From: a virus
Lineage: Duplodnaviria; Heunggongvirae; Uroviricota; Caudoviricetes
IMG/VR virus record: IMGVR_UViG_3300032007_000013
Length of the DNA stretch: 64,000 nt
Reading direction: 5' to 3' (one strand)
Shown: piece by piece, positions 1 through 10,749 of the stretch
Layout of the letters: each line of letters begins with the position of its first letter
Position numbering within the stretch: position 1 is the first letter of the stretch
Program-made: the position numbers and the translations under genes
The notes under the pieces: generated by a model
Told to the model about the DNA's origin: nothing
Database searches by the model: none
The model's input: only the letters and a program-made list of their open reading frames with translations

Positions 1-1076
1 ATGAGCAAGCTGAATTAAAGGACACAATTGAGAAACTTAATGCTATTCTTAATGATTTAATTGGAGAATTAAAAAGAAGATTATCTGATATCGTTAAAAA
101 GTATGGGGATTCTCGTCGTACTGAGTTAACTCAAATTAATGAATCTAAGAGTAAGGAAGAAAAAGAAATTGCTCTCATTCCACCAGAAAAATGTGTTGTT
201 GTAATGACTGAAAGTGGCAGCTTAAAACGTATTCCAGCAACTTCCTTTAAGACACAACGTAGAGGCGGAAAAGGTGTTAAAACACAAGAAGATATAACAT
301 CTGCGGTTATCCGTACTAATACAGTTGATAGTTTAATGATTTTTTCTAACAAAGGTAAAATGTATCGTTTAGTAGTAAATAATATTCCAGAAGGAACTAA
401 TACTTCAAAAGGAACTCCAGCAAGGGCTTTGGTTGAGATGGAAACTGGTGAAGATGTTGCTACTATTTATTCTATTTATCGTGATACAGATGCTAAATAT
501 GTTTTATTTGTTACTAAAAATGGTCTTGTTAAAAAGACAGCATTAAGTGAGTATATTGGGACTAAAAAATCCAAAGGCATTGGTGCAATAAATATTAAGG
601 AAGGCGATGAATTAGCTGTGGTTACACTGGTTAAAGATGAATCTCTCCTTATTGTTAGCAAAAATGGTTATGTAATTAGATTTAATAGTGCTGAAATCAG
701 TGCTACTGGTAGACTTACTGCTGGGGTTAAGGGTATCAATCTTGGAGAAGATGATTACGTAGTCGCTGCTTTACCAATTCGTCATACTGAAGATGATTTA
801 GCTGTATTTTCTAGCAAAGGCTATGGTAAAAAAGTGAAGTTAAATGATATCCTAACTCAAAAACGTGGCGGCAAAGGTATAATTATTTATAAACCAAATG
901 ATATTTATGGTAATGCTAGTTGTGGTCAATTGATTAGTGATGAAGATATGGTGTTATTAATTGGCAATAAAAATTCTGTATGTCTATCAGCAAAAGATAT
1001 TCCAGAAATGGGAAGAACGGCTTACGGAAATATAATGTTAAAAAATAACTTTATTTTAGATGTGAGTAAAGTATAA
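1..1076 (+). CDS. gyrA: DNA gyrase/type II topoisomerase subunit A, C-terminal part (5' truncated by window)
   Basis: Frame open from nt 3 (EQAELKDTIEKLNAIL...KYGDSRRTELT), then beta-pinwheel repeats with QRRGGKG GyrA-box-like motif; ends TAA 1074-1076. ParC not excluded. Confidence 0.85.
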   Translation, partial: EQAELKDTIEKLNAILNDLIGELKRRLSDIVKKYGDSRRTELTQINESKSKEEKEIALIPPEKCVVVMTESGSLKRIPATSFKTQRRGGKGVKTQEDITSAVIRTNTVDSLMIFSNKGKMYRLVVNNIPEGTNTSKGTPARALVEMETGEDVATIYSIYRDTDAKYVLFVTKNGLVKKTALSEYIGTKKSKGIGAINIKEGDELAVVTLVKDESLLIVSKNGYVIRFNSAEISATGRLTAGVKGINLGEDDYVVAALPIRHTEDDLAVFSSKGYGKKVKLNDILTQKRGGKGIIIYKPNDIYGNASCGQLISDEDMVLLIGNKNSVCLSAKDIPEMGRTAYGNIMLKNNFILDVSKV

Positions 1077-1110
1077 TGGAAATTAAAGAATTTAAATTAG
1101 TAGAAATGAG

Positions 1111-1140
1111 TTCTTATAGCCCTGAATAGGGCTATAAGAA
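1111..1140. terminator. Perfect 13-bp hairpin downstream of gyrA
   Basis: TTCTTATAGCCCT-GAAT-AGGGCTATAAGAA; no clear U-tract, so terminator function is uncertain. Confidence 0.5.
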
Positions 1141-1205
1141 ATGGTATGAATTTCAACCGCAATATAGTGATGAAACAATTTATATTAATTTGGAGAATAT
1201 AAATA

Positions 1206-1556
1206 ATGATAGAACAAAAATATCAAATATTGAATAAAGCTCGTCCGAATGAAGAAGATTTACATTTAATTGAAAATGAATATGGCAGAAGTATCAAAAT
1301 AAGATGCCAATTTCCTAGATCAATTAAAAAAAATACTTAGATTTTAAGTGAATTTGGACCAGTTGCTTTTGATGCTATGCGAGAGTTTATGGCATTGCAT
1401 GCTTTAAAAAAACCTTTAGATATTTGTGCTACAAGTGGTCGTTGGGAGGGAACGCCTTTCCTTTTAATAGCAGAAGATGATTTTGAAATTACAGAAGAAG
1501 ATGAAAAATTTATTGATAATTATAAATCTCATTTAATATTGGAGTATAAAGAATGA
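1206..1556 (+). CDS. Hypothetical protein (116 aa, one TAG=Q)
   Basis: MIEQKYQILNKARPNEED...EYKE*, open with TAG read as Gln. Confidence 0.65.
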
Positions 1557-1570
1557 ATAAACTTGATTAG

Positions 1571-3526
1571 ATGCAAGAATTAATTGATAAATTAAATTAT
1601 TATATTAAAATGTATGATGAAGGAACTCCTGTAATTTCTGATAAGGAATATGATGATTTATATTTTCAATTAGAAGAATTAGAAAATCAGTCTGGTATTT
1701 GTATGGCAAATTCTCCAACTTGTCATGTAGATTATTTTTCATTAAATAAATTAAAAAAAGTAAAACATTCTCATCCAATGTTATCATTAAATAAAACTAA
1801 ATCTATTCAAGATATTTTAGATTTTAAAAATGATAAAGATGTTATTGCTATGCTAAAAATGGATGGATTAACTTGTTCTCTTCGGTACGAGCAAGGAGTA
1901 TTGGTTAGTGCCGAAACTCGTGGCAATGGTGAAATAGGAGAAGATATTACTCATAATATTGTTACAGTTAAATGTGTCCCAATAGAAATTCCATTTAAAG
2001 ATACGTTAGTTGTTGATGGAGAAGTTATTTGTACCTATAAAGATTTTAAACCATTTAGTGATAAATTTGCCAATCCACGTAATTTTGCGGCTGGTAGTAT
2101 TAGATTATTGAATAATGGAGAATGTGCTAATCGACATTTAACATTCATAGTTTGGGATGTCATTCAAGGATTTGAAGATTGTAAAACTTTAACTGAAAAA
2201 TTATATAAAATTGATAGTTTAGGTTTTACTTTTGTCCCACATTTACATTGGTTTCCTGATATGGAAGTTTCAGAGAGTAAATTTGATCATATTTCAAGAC
2301 TTATTACTGATTGGGCTACAGAAGAAGATTTCCAATATCCATATGATGGATTAGTATTTAAGTATAATGATTGTAATTATTATTCTTCTCTTGGAGAAAC
2401 TGGTCATCATCCAAAAGGTGGATTAGCATTTAAGTTTTATGATGAAGAATATGAAACTAGATTATTTAATATTGAATATACTATGGGCAAAACTGGAATT
2501 TTAACTCCAGTAGCAGAATTTGAACCAGTACATACTGATGATAGCACTATTGAGAAAGCTTCACTTCATAATTTAAATATTATGAAATCACTTCTAGGCA
2601 AAAATCCTTATCAAGGTCAGCATATTATTGTAGTTAAAATGAATCAAATTATCCCACAAATAGTTCGAGCAGATACAACTTTTCCACTTGTGCCAGTTGA
2701 ATTTTTTGAATTACCTCAAGTATGCCCAATTTGTGGAGAACCTACTATTATTAAAGATGATTTTCTTTATTGTAGTAATCCTAATTGTGAAGGTAAATTA
2801 ATTAATAAATTAGATCATTTTGTAGGGAAAAAAGGTCTTGACATTAAAGGTTTATCAAAGGCAACACTTCAAAAATTAATTAATTGGGAATGGGTTAATT
2901 CTATTTCTGATATTTTTGGATTATATCAATATCGTGATGAATGGTATAAAAAAGATGGTTTTGGAGTTAAATCTGTTGATAATATTCTTGAAGCTATAGA
3001 AAATAGTAAAGAATGCGAGCTATGGCAATTTATTTCTGCCCTTAGTATTCCATTAATTGGCAGTACATATGCCAAAGATATTGCTAGACATTGTGCTGGG
3101 TGGTTCCAATTTATGGAATGTATTGGCCCTCATATGCTAAATAAAAATGGGTATAATTTCACTCAATGGGATGGTTTTGGCCCAAATATGGATGCTTCAT
3201 TACATAATTTTAATTACGATGAAGCAGATCAAATTGTAAATAAATATTTACACTTAAAGAATACTTTGTTTATAGAACAAAAAGAAAATAATTCTAATAT
3301 AAATGGAATTAATTTTGTAATTACTGGTAAGTTAAAAAAATATAAAAATCGTGATGAATTAGTTAATATTATTGAAAATAATGGTGGAAAAGTATTAAGT
3401 TCTGTTACTAAAAATACTAATTATTTAATTAATAATGATATTAATAGTACATCATCTAAAAATATAAAAGCAAAAAGTCTTGGTATTCCGATTATTACAG
3501 AAGAACAATTTGACGCTTTACTTTGA
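1571..3526 (+). CDS. ligA: NAD-dependent DNA ligase
   Basis: KMDG adenylation motif, TRGNGEIGEDIT, NPRNFAAGS, DGLVFK, OB fold, CPICG..C..C zinc finger, HhH repeats, C-terminal BRCT (FVITGKL). Confidence 0.97.
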   Translation: MQELIDKLNYYIKMYDEGTPVISDKEYDDLYFQLEELENQSGICMANSPTCHVDYFSLNKLKKVKHSHPMLSLNKTKSIQDILDFKNDKDVIAMLKMDGLTCSLRYEQGVLVSAETRGNGEIGEDITHNIVTVKCVPIEIPFKDTLVVDGEVICTYKDFKPFSDKFANPRNFAAGSIRLLNNGECANRHLTFIVWDVIQGFEDCKTLTEKLYKIDSLGFTFVPHLHWFPDMEVSESKFDHISRLITDWATEEDFQYPYDGLVFKYNDCNYYSSLGETGHHPKGGLAFKFYDEEYETRLFNIEYTMGKTGILTPVAEFEPVHTDDSTIEKASLHNLNIMKSLLGKNPYQGQHIIVVKMNQIIPQIVRADTTFPLVPVEFFELPQVCPICGEPTIIKDDFLYCSNPNCEGKLINKLDHFVGKKGLDIKGLSKATLQKLINWEWVNSISDIFGLYQYRDEWYKKDGFGVKSVDNILEAIENSKECELWQFISALSIPLIGSTYAKDIARHCAGWFQFMECIGPHMLNKNGYNFTQWDGFGPNMDASLHNFNYDEADQIVNKYLHLKNTLFIEQKENNSNINGINFVITGKLKKYKNRDELVNIIENNGGKVLSSVTKNTNYLINNDINSTSSKNIKAKSLGIPIITEEQFDALL

Positions 3527-3551
3527 CTTTTCAAAAAAAATTTATTATAAT
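3523..3551 (+). promoter_or_regulatory. Sigma70/SigA-type promoter
   Basis: TTGACT-N17-TATAAT. Confidence 0.8.
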
Positions 3552-3581
3552 ATATTCGTAAATAAGGAAGAAAAAAGTTTT

Positions 3582-3776
3582 ATGAAAAAGAAAGAACTCA
3601 AAAACCTAGCTGAGAAGATTGCTAAATGTGAATATGTAGTAGAAAATAGTAAAGATAAAGCGGCAGTATCTGCCGCGTAGACAGAAATTATGCGACTGAC
3701 CAGCAAGGTTCACGATTTCTAGGACTTAGATCAGTTAGATGAATTAATACAAGATATCCTAAAAAAAATGTCTTGA
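3582..3776 (+). CDS. Small hypothetical protein (64 aa, two TAG=Q)
   Basis: MKKKELKNLAEKIAKCE...AAQTEIMRLTSKVHDFQDLDQLDELIQDILKKMS*; has its own promoter. Confidence 0.7.
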
Positions 3777-3801
3777 CAATTTAAAAATTTTTTCGTATAA
3801 T
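3773..3801 (+). promoter_or_regulatory. Perfect-consensus sigma70/SigA promoter
   Basis: TTGACA-N17-TATAAT. Confidence 0.85.
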
Positions 3802-3854
3802 ATTTACAACAATTAAAAAAATTAATTATTTATTTTAAAGGAGATTTATTTATT

Positions 3855-4121
3855 ATGGCTATGAAAGAAAATTCTAAGAACGTACTTAATTATTTAAAGA
3901 CTGTTAATGGTACTAATGTAACTTCTGCTGATGTGGCTGCTGAGCTTGGTCTTGAGAAGCGTTAGGTAGATGGTATCTTCACTTCTGCTATTCAGCGTAA
4001 GGGTCTTGGCATTCGTGTTCCTGCCGAAATTGAGCTTGATGATGGCACTCATAAGAGTGTAAAGTTCCTCCAACTCACTCCCGCTGGTATGGAGTTCGAT
4101 CCTGACGCAACTGAGGAATAA
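3855..4121 (+). CDS. Small winged-helix DNA-binding protein (88 aa)
   Basis: MAMKENSKNVLNYLK..VTSADVAAELGLEKRQVDGIFTSAIQRKGL..LQLTPAG; HTH plus wing pattern; GGAG RBS. Confidence 0.65.
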
Positions 4122-4141
4122 TTTCTCAGAATAATATAAAC

Positions 4142-4176
4142 AAGGGGTAATAAATATTTTACCCCTTTATTTTTTT
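4142..4176 (+). terminator. Rho-independent terminator
   Basis: AAGGGGTAA-N8-TTACCCCTT followed by T-run. Confidence 0.8.
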
Positions 4177-4180
4177 AATA

Positions 4181-5335
4181 ATGACAATTTCTATTGTTGT
4201 AGTTGGAATTGTTTGTCTTTTACTTGGTTTCTTGATAAGCACATTCATAAAAACTACAAAAATCAAAGAGAAAAACCAAGAGATTGAAAGAGAAGAAAAT
4301 TAGGCTTAGTTACGTATTAAAGATTTAGAGAAAGAATATATCCAAAAACAAGCTGAATTAGATAAATAGTATAATGAAACTATAAATCAATATAAAGCCG
4401 ATTATGAAGAACAAAATTTACGTTTAGAAGAGGCGGCAAATACTGCTTTATCTCAAATAAATTCTGAAAAATAGGCTTGGGAGCAAGAAAAAACAAAAAA
4501 AATTTTAACTTGGGCCCAGCATGAATCTGATTTAAAATCAGAAGTATCGAGTTTGGAACGTTAGATTACTGATAAAAAAAGATTCATTGATGATTTAGAT
4601 GAATAGGCAAAAACTGCTGTAAAATTAGTTGAAGAACAAGTTATTGATAATATGACTAATACAGTAGAGTAGCAAAGTAAAGAATTATATTCAACTTATG
4701 AAAAATTAGAAAGTGAATTAAAAGTACATTATACTGATTTAGCTGATGAATTATATGAGAAATTCCAAGAACATGATGAAAAATTAAGTAATTTAATTCT
4801 TACAAAAGAAAATGAATTAAATGAATTATAGGCAAAAGCAAAAGCTGCTATTGAGACTAATAAACGAATGGAATTAGAAAAATAGCAAAAAGATTTTTAC
4901 AGATTACAACTTTCTGATATAGATTTAGAAGAAATAAAACATATTAGATCTATTGAACATTATTTAAGAAAAAAAGAACCTTTAAATAAAGTTATTTGGA
5001 AAGTATATTATGAAAAGCCGTGTACAGATTTAATAGGTCGTGTTGTTGGATAGGGGAGAAAAACTGGTATTTATAAAATTACTAATATAGATAATGGAAT
5101 GTGCTATATAGGACAAGCGGTAGATATTGCTGAACGATGGAAATAGCATATTAAACGAGGTATAGGGGCAGACCCTCCTACGCAAAATAAATTATATCCT
5201 GCTATGTTATCTATTGGTGTAGAAAATTTTACATTTGAAGTAATTGAAGAATGTGCTGGAAATCTTTTAAATGATAGAGAAGATTATTGGCAAGAATTTT
5301 ATCAAGCAAAGGAATTTGGGTATAGTATAAAATGA
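4181..5335 (+). CDS. Membrane-anchored coiled-coil protein with C-terminal GIY-YIG nuclease domain (384 aa)
   Basis: Hydrophobic N-terminus MTISIVVVGIVCLLLGFLISTFI; long E/K/Q-rich helical region; GIYKITN...CYIGQAVDIAERWKQH...LNDREDYW. Continuous only with TAG=Q. Confidence 0.8.
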
Positions 5336-5604
5336 TTAGAATTATTGATGATAGAAGTACTGGAAAAACCAGTCAACTTATGCTTTGGGCAAAAGAATAT
5401 GATGCTACTTTTGTATGTTCAAATCCAAAAGCTATGGAATATAAAGCATAGAAATATGGCATTGAAGGTATTGAATTTATGTCTTATGAAAAATTTAGTA
5501 CCGTTTTAAACCATGAAAAAAATTATGTAATAGATGAATTGGAAAATTTTATTAAATCTGCTTTTGGAAATTCTTTAATTGGTTATAGCATTAGTAAAGA
5601 ATAA
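5332..5604 (+). CDS. Small hypothetical protein with degenerate P-loop-like N-terminus (90 aa)
   Basis: MIRIIDDRSTGKTSQLMLWAK...YVIDELENF. Confidence 0.6.
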
Positions 5605-5605
5605 T

Positions 5606-5634
5606 TTGATTTTTATAAAAAAAAATGGTATAAT
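5606..5634 (+). promoter_or_regulatory. Sigma70/SigA-type promoter
   Basis: TTGATT-N17-TATAAT. Confidence 0.7.
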
Positions 5635-5666
5635 TATTATAGAAAAAATATGAAAGAGAGTTTTTT

Positions 5667-6032
5667 ATGAAACAAGAATTTCTAAATTTTGTAGAATCTT
5701 TAATGAAAGCAAATCCTGAATTAACAAATCAACTTATGACTGAAGATATTTAGGCATATTTAAATATTCTTCATGATATAAAAGATGAAAAACCAATTTT
5801 AACTGAAAATGGCAAATTAGTCTTAAAATATCTGCAAGAGCATCTTGATGTGAAGGCTTGGAAAGCTAAAGAAATAGCTGAACAAATGGGAATTTCTTCA
5901 CGAGGTGCCTCTGGAGTTATGAGAAAACTTACTAATGATGGTTTTTGTGAAAAATTAAGTCAAGACCCGGTAATTTATTGTTTAACTGAAAAAGGTAAGA
6001 ATTATGTAATTATTGAAGGAGAAAATGAATAA
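5667..6032 (+). CDS. Winged-helix (MarR-like) DNA-binding protein (121 aa)
   Basis: ...KLVLKYLQE..WKAKEIAEQMGISSRGASGVMRKLTNDGFCEK...YCLTEKGKNY. Confidence 0.7.
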
Positions 6033-6973
6033 TGAAAAATACTATGAAAAATACTACTCATATTGAGGGTCTTTTATATCAGTAGGCTTTGTCTTTAAAG
6101 ACAAGTGGTGAAAATTCTAAAAATCCAGGCACTCAATTTATTAATGGTACTATTGATATTGCAACTGATAATGCATTAATAAATATTGTTACTGTTCATT
6201 TTACTTATGTAACAGCAAAAACTAAGAGTGGTTCAGATAATGCTACTTTTACTACTTTATAGAATATTATTAATGGCACTCTTTGTAATGTAACTGATCA
6301 TGGTGCTGATAAGGCAGTAAAATTACGTATTGATTCTGCAATTGGACTTAATGAATTTTATTCTAATAGAAATGGAAAAGAGGAACTTGTTAGTGTAAGA
6401 CGCAATGAAGGTGGATTTGTCCATACTGTACAAACTCTTGCGGCTGACGAAAATACTCGTAATACTTTTGAATGTGATATGTTGATTACAGGAGCAACTC
6501 GTATTGAAGCTGATCCTGAAAAGAATACAAAAGAAGTCGTTAAAGTTAAGGGATTTACATTTGACTTCCGCAAGGCTTTTCTTCCTGTGGAGTTTAGTGC
6601 TTATAATCCCGATGCAATGAATTATTTTGAAAGTCTTGAAGCTTCTCCAAAGAATCCTGTATTTACTAAGGTTTGGGGCCAGCAAGTTTCTCAGGTAATT
6701 ATGGTTAAGACTGTTGAGGAAAGTGCTTTTGGTGGGCAAAAAGTGACTGAGACTCCTCGTTCTAATCGTGATTTTGTAATTACTGGTGCTTCTAGTGAGC
6801 CATATGTTTGGGATGATGAAGGAACTATGACTCAAGCTGAATATGAGCAGGGTCTTGCTGATAGAGAGTTGGCTCTTGCTGATATTAAAAAGCGTCAAGA
6901 TGATTATAATGCTACCAGAGCTCAGACTCAGGCTCCTGCGGCAGCATCTAATGGTACTGGATTTAACTTCTAA
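6032..6973 (+). CDS. Putative single-stranded DNA-binding protein (313 aa)
   Basis: Beta-rich body, low-complexity tail ending in aromatic GFNF*, and position next to a Sak4-like ATPase. Assignment is contextual inference. Confidence 0.55.
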
Positions 6974-6993
6974 TTTGATAGGAGGAAAATCTA

Positions 6994-7992
6994 ATGGCTA
7001 TTAATCTTTTAGGCATTCAGCCTCATAAAGTAAGTAAAGATCTTTCCGGGTATATTACATTTATTTATGGGCCTGCCAAAGTAGGTAAAACTACTTTGGC
7101 GACTCAAATGCCAAGTGCTTTGTTACTTGCATTTGAACGTGGTTATAATGCTATTCCTGGTGTTATGGCACAAGATGTAAATACTTGGGGTGAAATGAAA
7201 TAGATTTATCGTGAGTTAAAGAAACCAGAAGTCCAAGAAGTTTATAAAACTATTGTTGTTGATACTGTTGATATTGCGGCTGATCTTTGCCAAAAGTATA
7301 TTTGTAATCAACTTGGTATTGATAATATGGGCGATGGTGGCTGGGGCACCAATAGTTGGAGCAAGTATAAGAAAGAATTTGAAGAAATTTTCCGTGGTCT
7401 TACAATGATGGGTTATGCTGTTGTATTTATTTCTCACTCTAAGACCGGAACTGATAAAGACCAAACTGGTAAAGAGTATGGTTATACTAAGCCTACTACT
7501 TAGTCTTCTGCTCTTCAGATTATTGAAAATATGGCTGACATTTATTGCTTTGCTCGTATGTATCTTGGTGCTGATGGTGAAGAGAAACGTGTTCTTACTC
7601 TTCGTCCTCCTGCTGGTTCTGGCATTTCTTGTGGTTCTCGTTTCAAATATATTGTTCCTGAAATTCCTCTTAGTTATGACGCTTTGACAAAGGCTATTGG
7701 AGATGCTATTGAAAAAGAAGCTAAGGAACATGATAATAAATTTGTTACGACTGAACGCGAAACTGCCCCTGTTGTTCAAGAATATGATTTTGATGAATTA
7801 ATGGCAAAATTTGAAACAATAGTTGGTAATTTAATGCAAGAAAATCAAGCCTTTTACCAGCCACGTATTACTCAAATTATTGAAAAATATTTAGGTAAAG
7901 GAAAGAAAATGTCTGGTGTAACTCGCGACCAAGCAGAGTTAGTTTATTTAGTAGTTTCAGAAATTGAAGATGATTTAGTAAATAAAAAATAA
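6994..7992 (+). CDS. AAA_24/Sak4-like ATPase (recombinase/annealase) (332 aa)
   Basis: Walker A YGPAKVGKTT, Walker B IVVDTVD, FISH motif; two TAG=Q. Confidence 0.8.
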
Positions 7993-8225
7993 TGAATGTT
8001 ATCTATCCTACTAAAATTCTTTTACCAGGTGAGATAATTCCAGCTGGATATGGGAGACTCAGATGCCCTAATTGCAAAATTTGGGAAGATGGCGAAATTA
8101 ATTATGATCCTAGTATGATTTATCAAATGATAGAACGAAATAAAGTAAATAAAAAAATAGAATTATCATATTGAGTAGATTGTCCGAAATGTCATTATGA
8201 AATCTTACTAAAAAGAATTACTTAA
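7992..8225 (+). pseudogene. Zinc-ribbon protein interrupted by an in-frame TGA (8172-8174)
   Basis: CPNC before the TGA, and in-frame VDCPKCHYEILLKRIT* after it. Confidence 0.45.
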
Positions 8226-8232
8226 TAATAAA

Positions 8233-8261
8233 AACCCTTTGGCAAAAAATGTCAAAGGGTT
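8233..8261 (+). terminator. Terminator-like hairpin overlapping the next promoter
   Basis: AACCCTTTGGC-N7-GTCAAAGGGTT (one G-U pair) followed by GATTTTT. Confidence 0.65.
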
Positions 8262-8288
8262 GATTTTTATTAAAAAATATGTTATAAT
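8260..8288 (+). promoter_or_regulatory. Sigma70/SigA-type promoter for the helicase-primase operon
   Basis: TTGATT-N17-TATAAT. Confidence 0.7.
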
Positions 8289-8324
8289 ATATTTACAAGA
8301 AAAGATAAATAAAGGGGTATGTCA

Positions 8325-9005
8325 ATGGCGACAGTAACCTGTAAATATTGTGGTAAAAAATTTGATAGAGAAAAAGAACCATATGTATAGATTCCATATG
8401 GGCAAAAAGCATTTAGATATGGACATAGTTAGTGTTATTTAAATGCTGTAAACTCTCAAAAAGAAACAGCAAAATATGAAATTTTTGATCCTAAATAGTT
8501 TAAAAATTGTTTTTGGTGTTCATAGGCTATTCTACCAACAGCAGTAGACGTGATAGAGTTACCAAATATGTTTGGACGATATGCTCATAAAAAGTGTGCT
8601 GAGGTTCATCCATCAGATGATAGAGAAAAATTTAAAGTTTATATAATACAATTGTATAAATGTAAAGATGACCATGGATGGCCACGACTTATGTAGCAAG
8701 CAGAAAAAATAGCTAAAAATTATAATTTTACATATTCTGGTATGATGAAAGCCTTAGAGTATTTTCATAAAGTAAAATAGCATCCGGTAGATACTTCAAA
8801 AGGAATAGGTATTATCCCATATGTTTATAAAGATGCTTATAATTATTATTATAGTATATGGTTATCTTAGGAATAGAATAAAAATAAAAAAATAGAAGAT
8901 TATGTGCCAAAAGATATAGTGGTAGTAATACCTCCACCGTAGAAATCACCGCAAAAGCGTAAATTATTTACATTTTTAGAGGAGGATAATGTTGATGCCG
9001 AGTAA
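8325..9005 (+). CDS. Zn-binding protein upstream of DnaB, possible helicase loader/accessory (226 aa)
   Basis: CKYC...H..C and CFWC...HKKC motifs; about eight TAG=Q; overlaps the dnaB start. Confidence 0.65.
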
Positions 9006-10524
9006 ATTTGTTGACACAACTTCTATTGTTCAAGTTATTGGATGTATTTATAAAACTCCATAGCTTTTGGATTATGAAGATAAATATACTATAACAGAAG
9101 AAGATTTTCCTGATTAGTTTCATAAAATTGTTTTTGGAACAATATATAATTTATATAATTTAGGTTCTGAAAAAATAACTTTAAGTAGTATTTTGGACTA
9201 TTTATCAAGTCGTCCAAAAAGTGAAGCAATTTTTATTAAACAAAAAGGAGAAGAATGGTTAATACGAGCAGAAGAAAATGCTCAACCATCTTCATTTGAT
9301 TATTATTATAATCGAATGAAAAAAATGTCATTATTAAGAGCATATGATAATTATGGAGTAGACGTAACAGATTTTTACGATCCAGATAATATTATAGACT
9401 CTAAAAAAAGACAATTATAGGAAGATTAGTTAGATAATTCAACATTAGAACAAATAGCCCAAAGAGTATAGGATAAAATAGATTAGATTCGTTCTCAATA
9501 TGTTGATGATGAATGGGGTGAAGCCTCATAGGCCGGCGATGGTATTTTTGAATTACTTGAAGAGTTAAAGCAAAGACCAGATGTTGGCGTTCCACTTTAT
9601 GGGCCATTAATTAATACAGTAACACGCGGAGCCAGATTAAAGAAATTTTATTTAAGAAGTGCAGCTACTGGTATTGGAAAAACTCGTAGTATGATTGCTG
9701 ATTGTTGTTATATTGGATGTAATAGAATTTATGATGACGTATTTGGTTGGATTAAAAATGGTACATCAGAGCCTTGTTTATATATAGCGACAGAGCAAGA
9801 ATTAGCAGAAGTCCAGACAATGATGTTAGCATTTATTTCCAATGTTAATGAAGAACATATTATGAATGGACGCTATGAAGGTGATGAAGAAGAACGAGTT
9901 TTACAAGCAGCTTCAATTATTAAAGATAGTCCAATTTATGTTGAAGTATTACCTGATTTTTCATTATAGGATGTTGAAGATAAGATAAAAAAGAATATAA
10001 GAGATCATGATGTAAAATATGTTTTCCATGATTATATTCATACAAGTTTAAAAATATTAGAAGAAATTACAAAGCGTTCTGGTGGAGTTAAATTAAGAGA
10101 AGATAATATCTTATTTATGTTATCTACTAGATTAAAAGATATTTGTAATAAATATGGTATTTTTATTATGTCAGCGACTCAGCTAAATGGTGATTATCAA
10201 AATAGTGAAACTCCTGACCAAAATTTACTTCGTGGAGCAAAAGCTATTGCTGATAAAATTGACTGGGGTGGTATTTTATTAGCAACTACAAAAGAAGATT
10301 TAGAAAATCTTGATTAGATTTTAATTAATAATAATTTTGATAAACCTAATATTAAATTGTCTATCTATAAAAATAGACGAGGAAGATATAAAGGTATTTA
10401 TTTATGGTGTAAAGCAGATTTAGGGACTTGTAGAATATAGCCTATGTTTGCTACTACATATACCTATGAAATAGTACAAATTGATAATTTAAAAATTATG
10501 ACAACAGAGCCAAGTGCTTTTTAA
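8995..10524 (+). CDS. dnaB: DnaB-like replicative helicase (509 aa)
   Basis: SAATGIGKT Walker A, IATEQ, VFHDYIH, SATQLNG, LRGAKAIADKID, KNRRG; continuous with TAG=Q. Confidence 0.92.
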
Positions 10525-10536
10525 GGAGAAGATAAA

Positions 10537-10749
10537 ATGAAAAAAAATATTGAAAATGAAAGCGGAACAGTGTGGTCAAAACCTTCTTATGGCGAAATTG
10601 AGTATGAAATGCCAAAAGAATTAGCTAAACAAATTTTAGCTACGAGAAAAGGTACTGAACAAAATATGCACCCACAGGAATTTCTTAAAAAGGTAGTTAA
10701 TGAAGAGTTTGGCTTGAAAGGATATTGTACTCGTGTAACTACGGTATGA
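10537..10749 (+). CDS. Hypothetical protein (70 aa)
   Basis: AAGGAGA RBS; packed between dnaB and primase. Confidence 0.7.
   Translation: MKKNIENESGTVWSKPSYGEIEYEMPKELAKQILATRKGTEQNMHPQEFLKKVVNEEFGLKGYCTRVTTV

Noticed and set aside
1076-1237. 53-aa ORF overlapping the hairpin after gyrA
   Set aside because: No clear RBS, it overlaps the next gene and spans a perfect hairpin; not supportable as a CDS.
6323-7779. Minus-strand ORFs 6323-6898 and 7216-7779, and similar antisense ORFs (e.g. 21937-22275, 24260-24538, 49344-49942, 62660-62950)
   Set aside because: Shadow frames opposite well-supported genes; no motifs or RBS.
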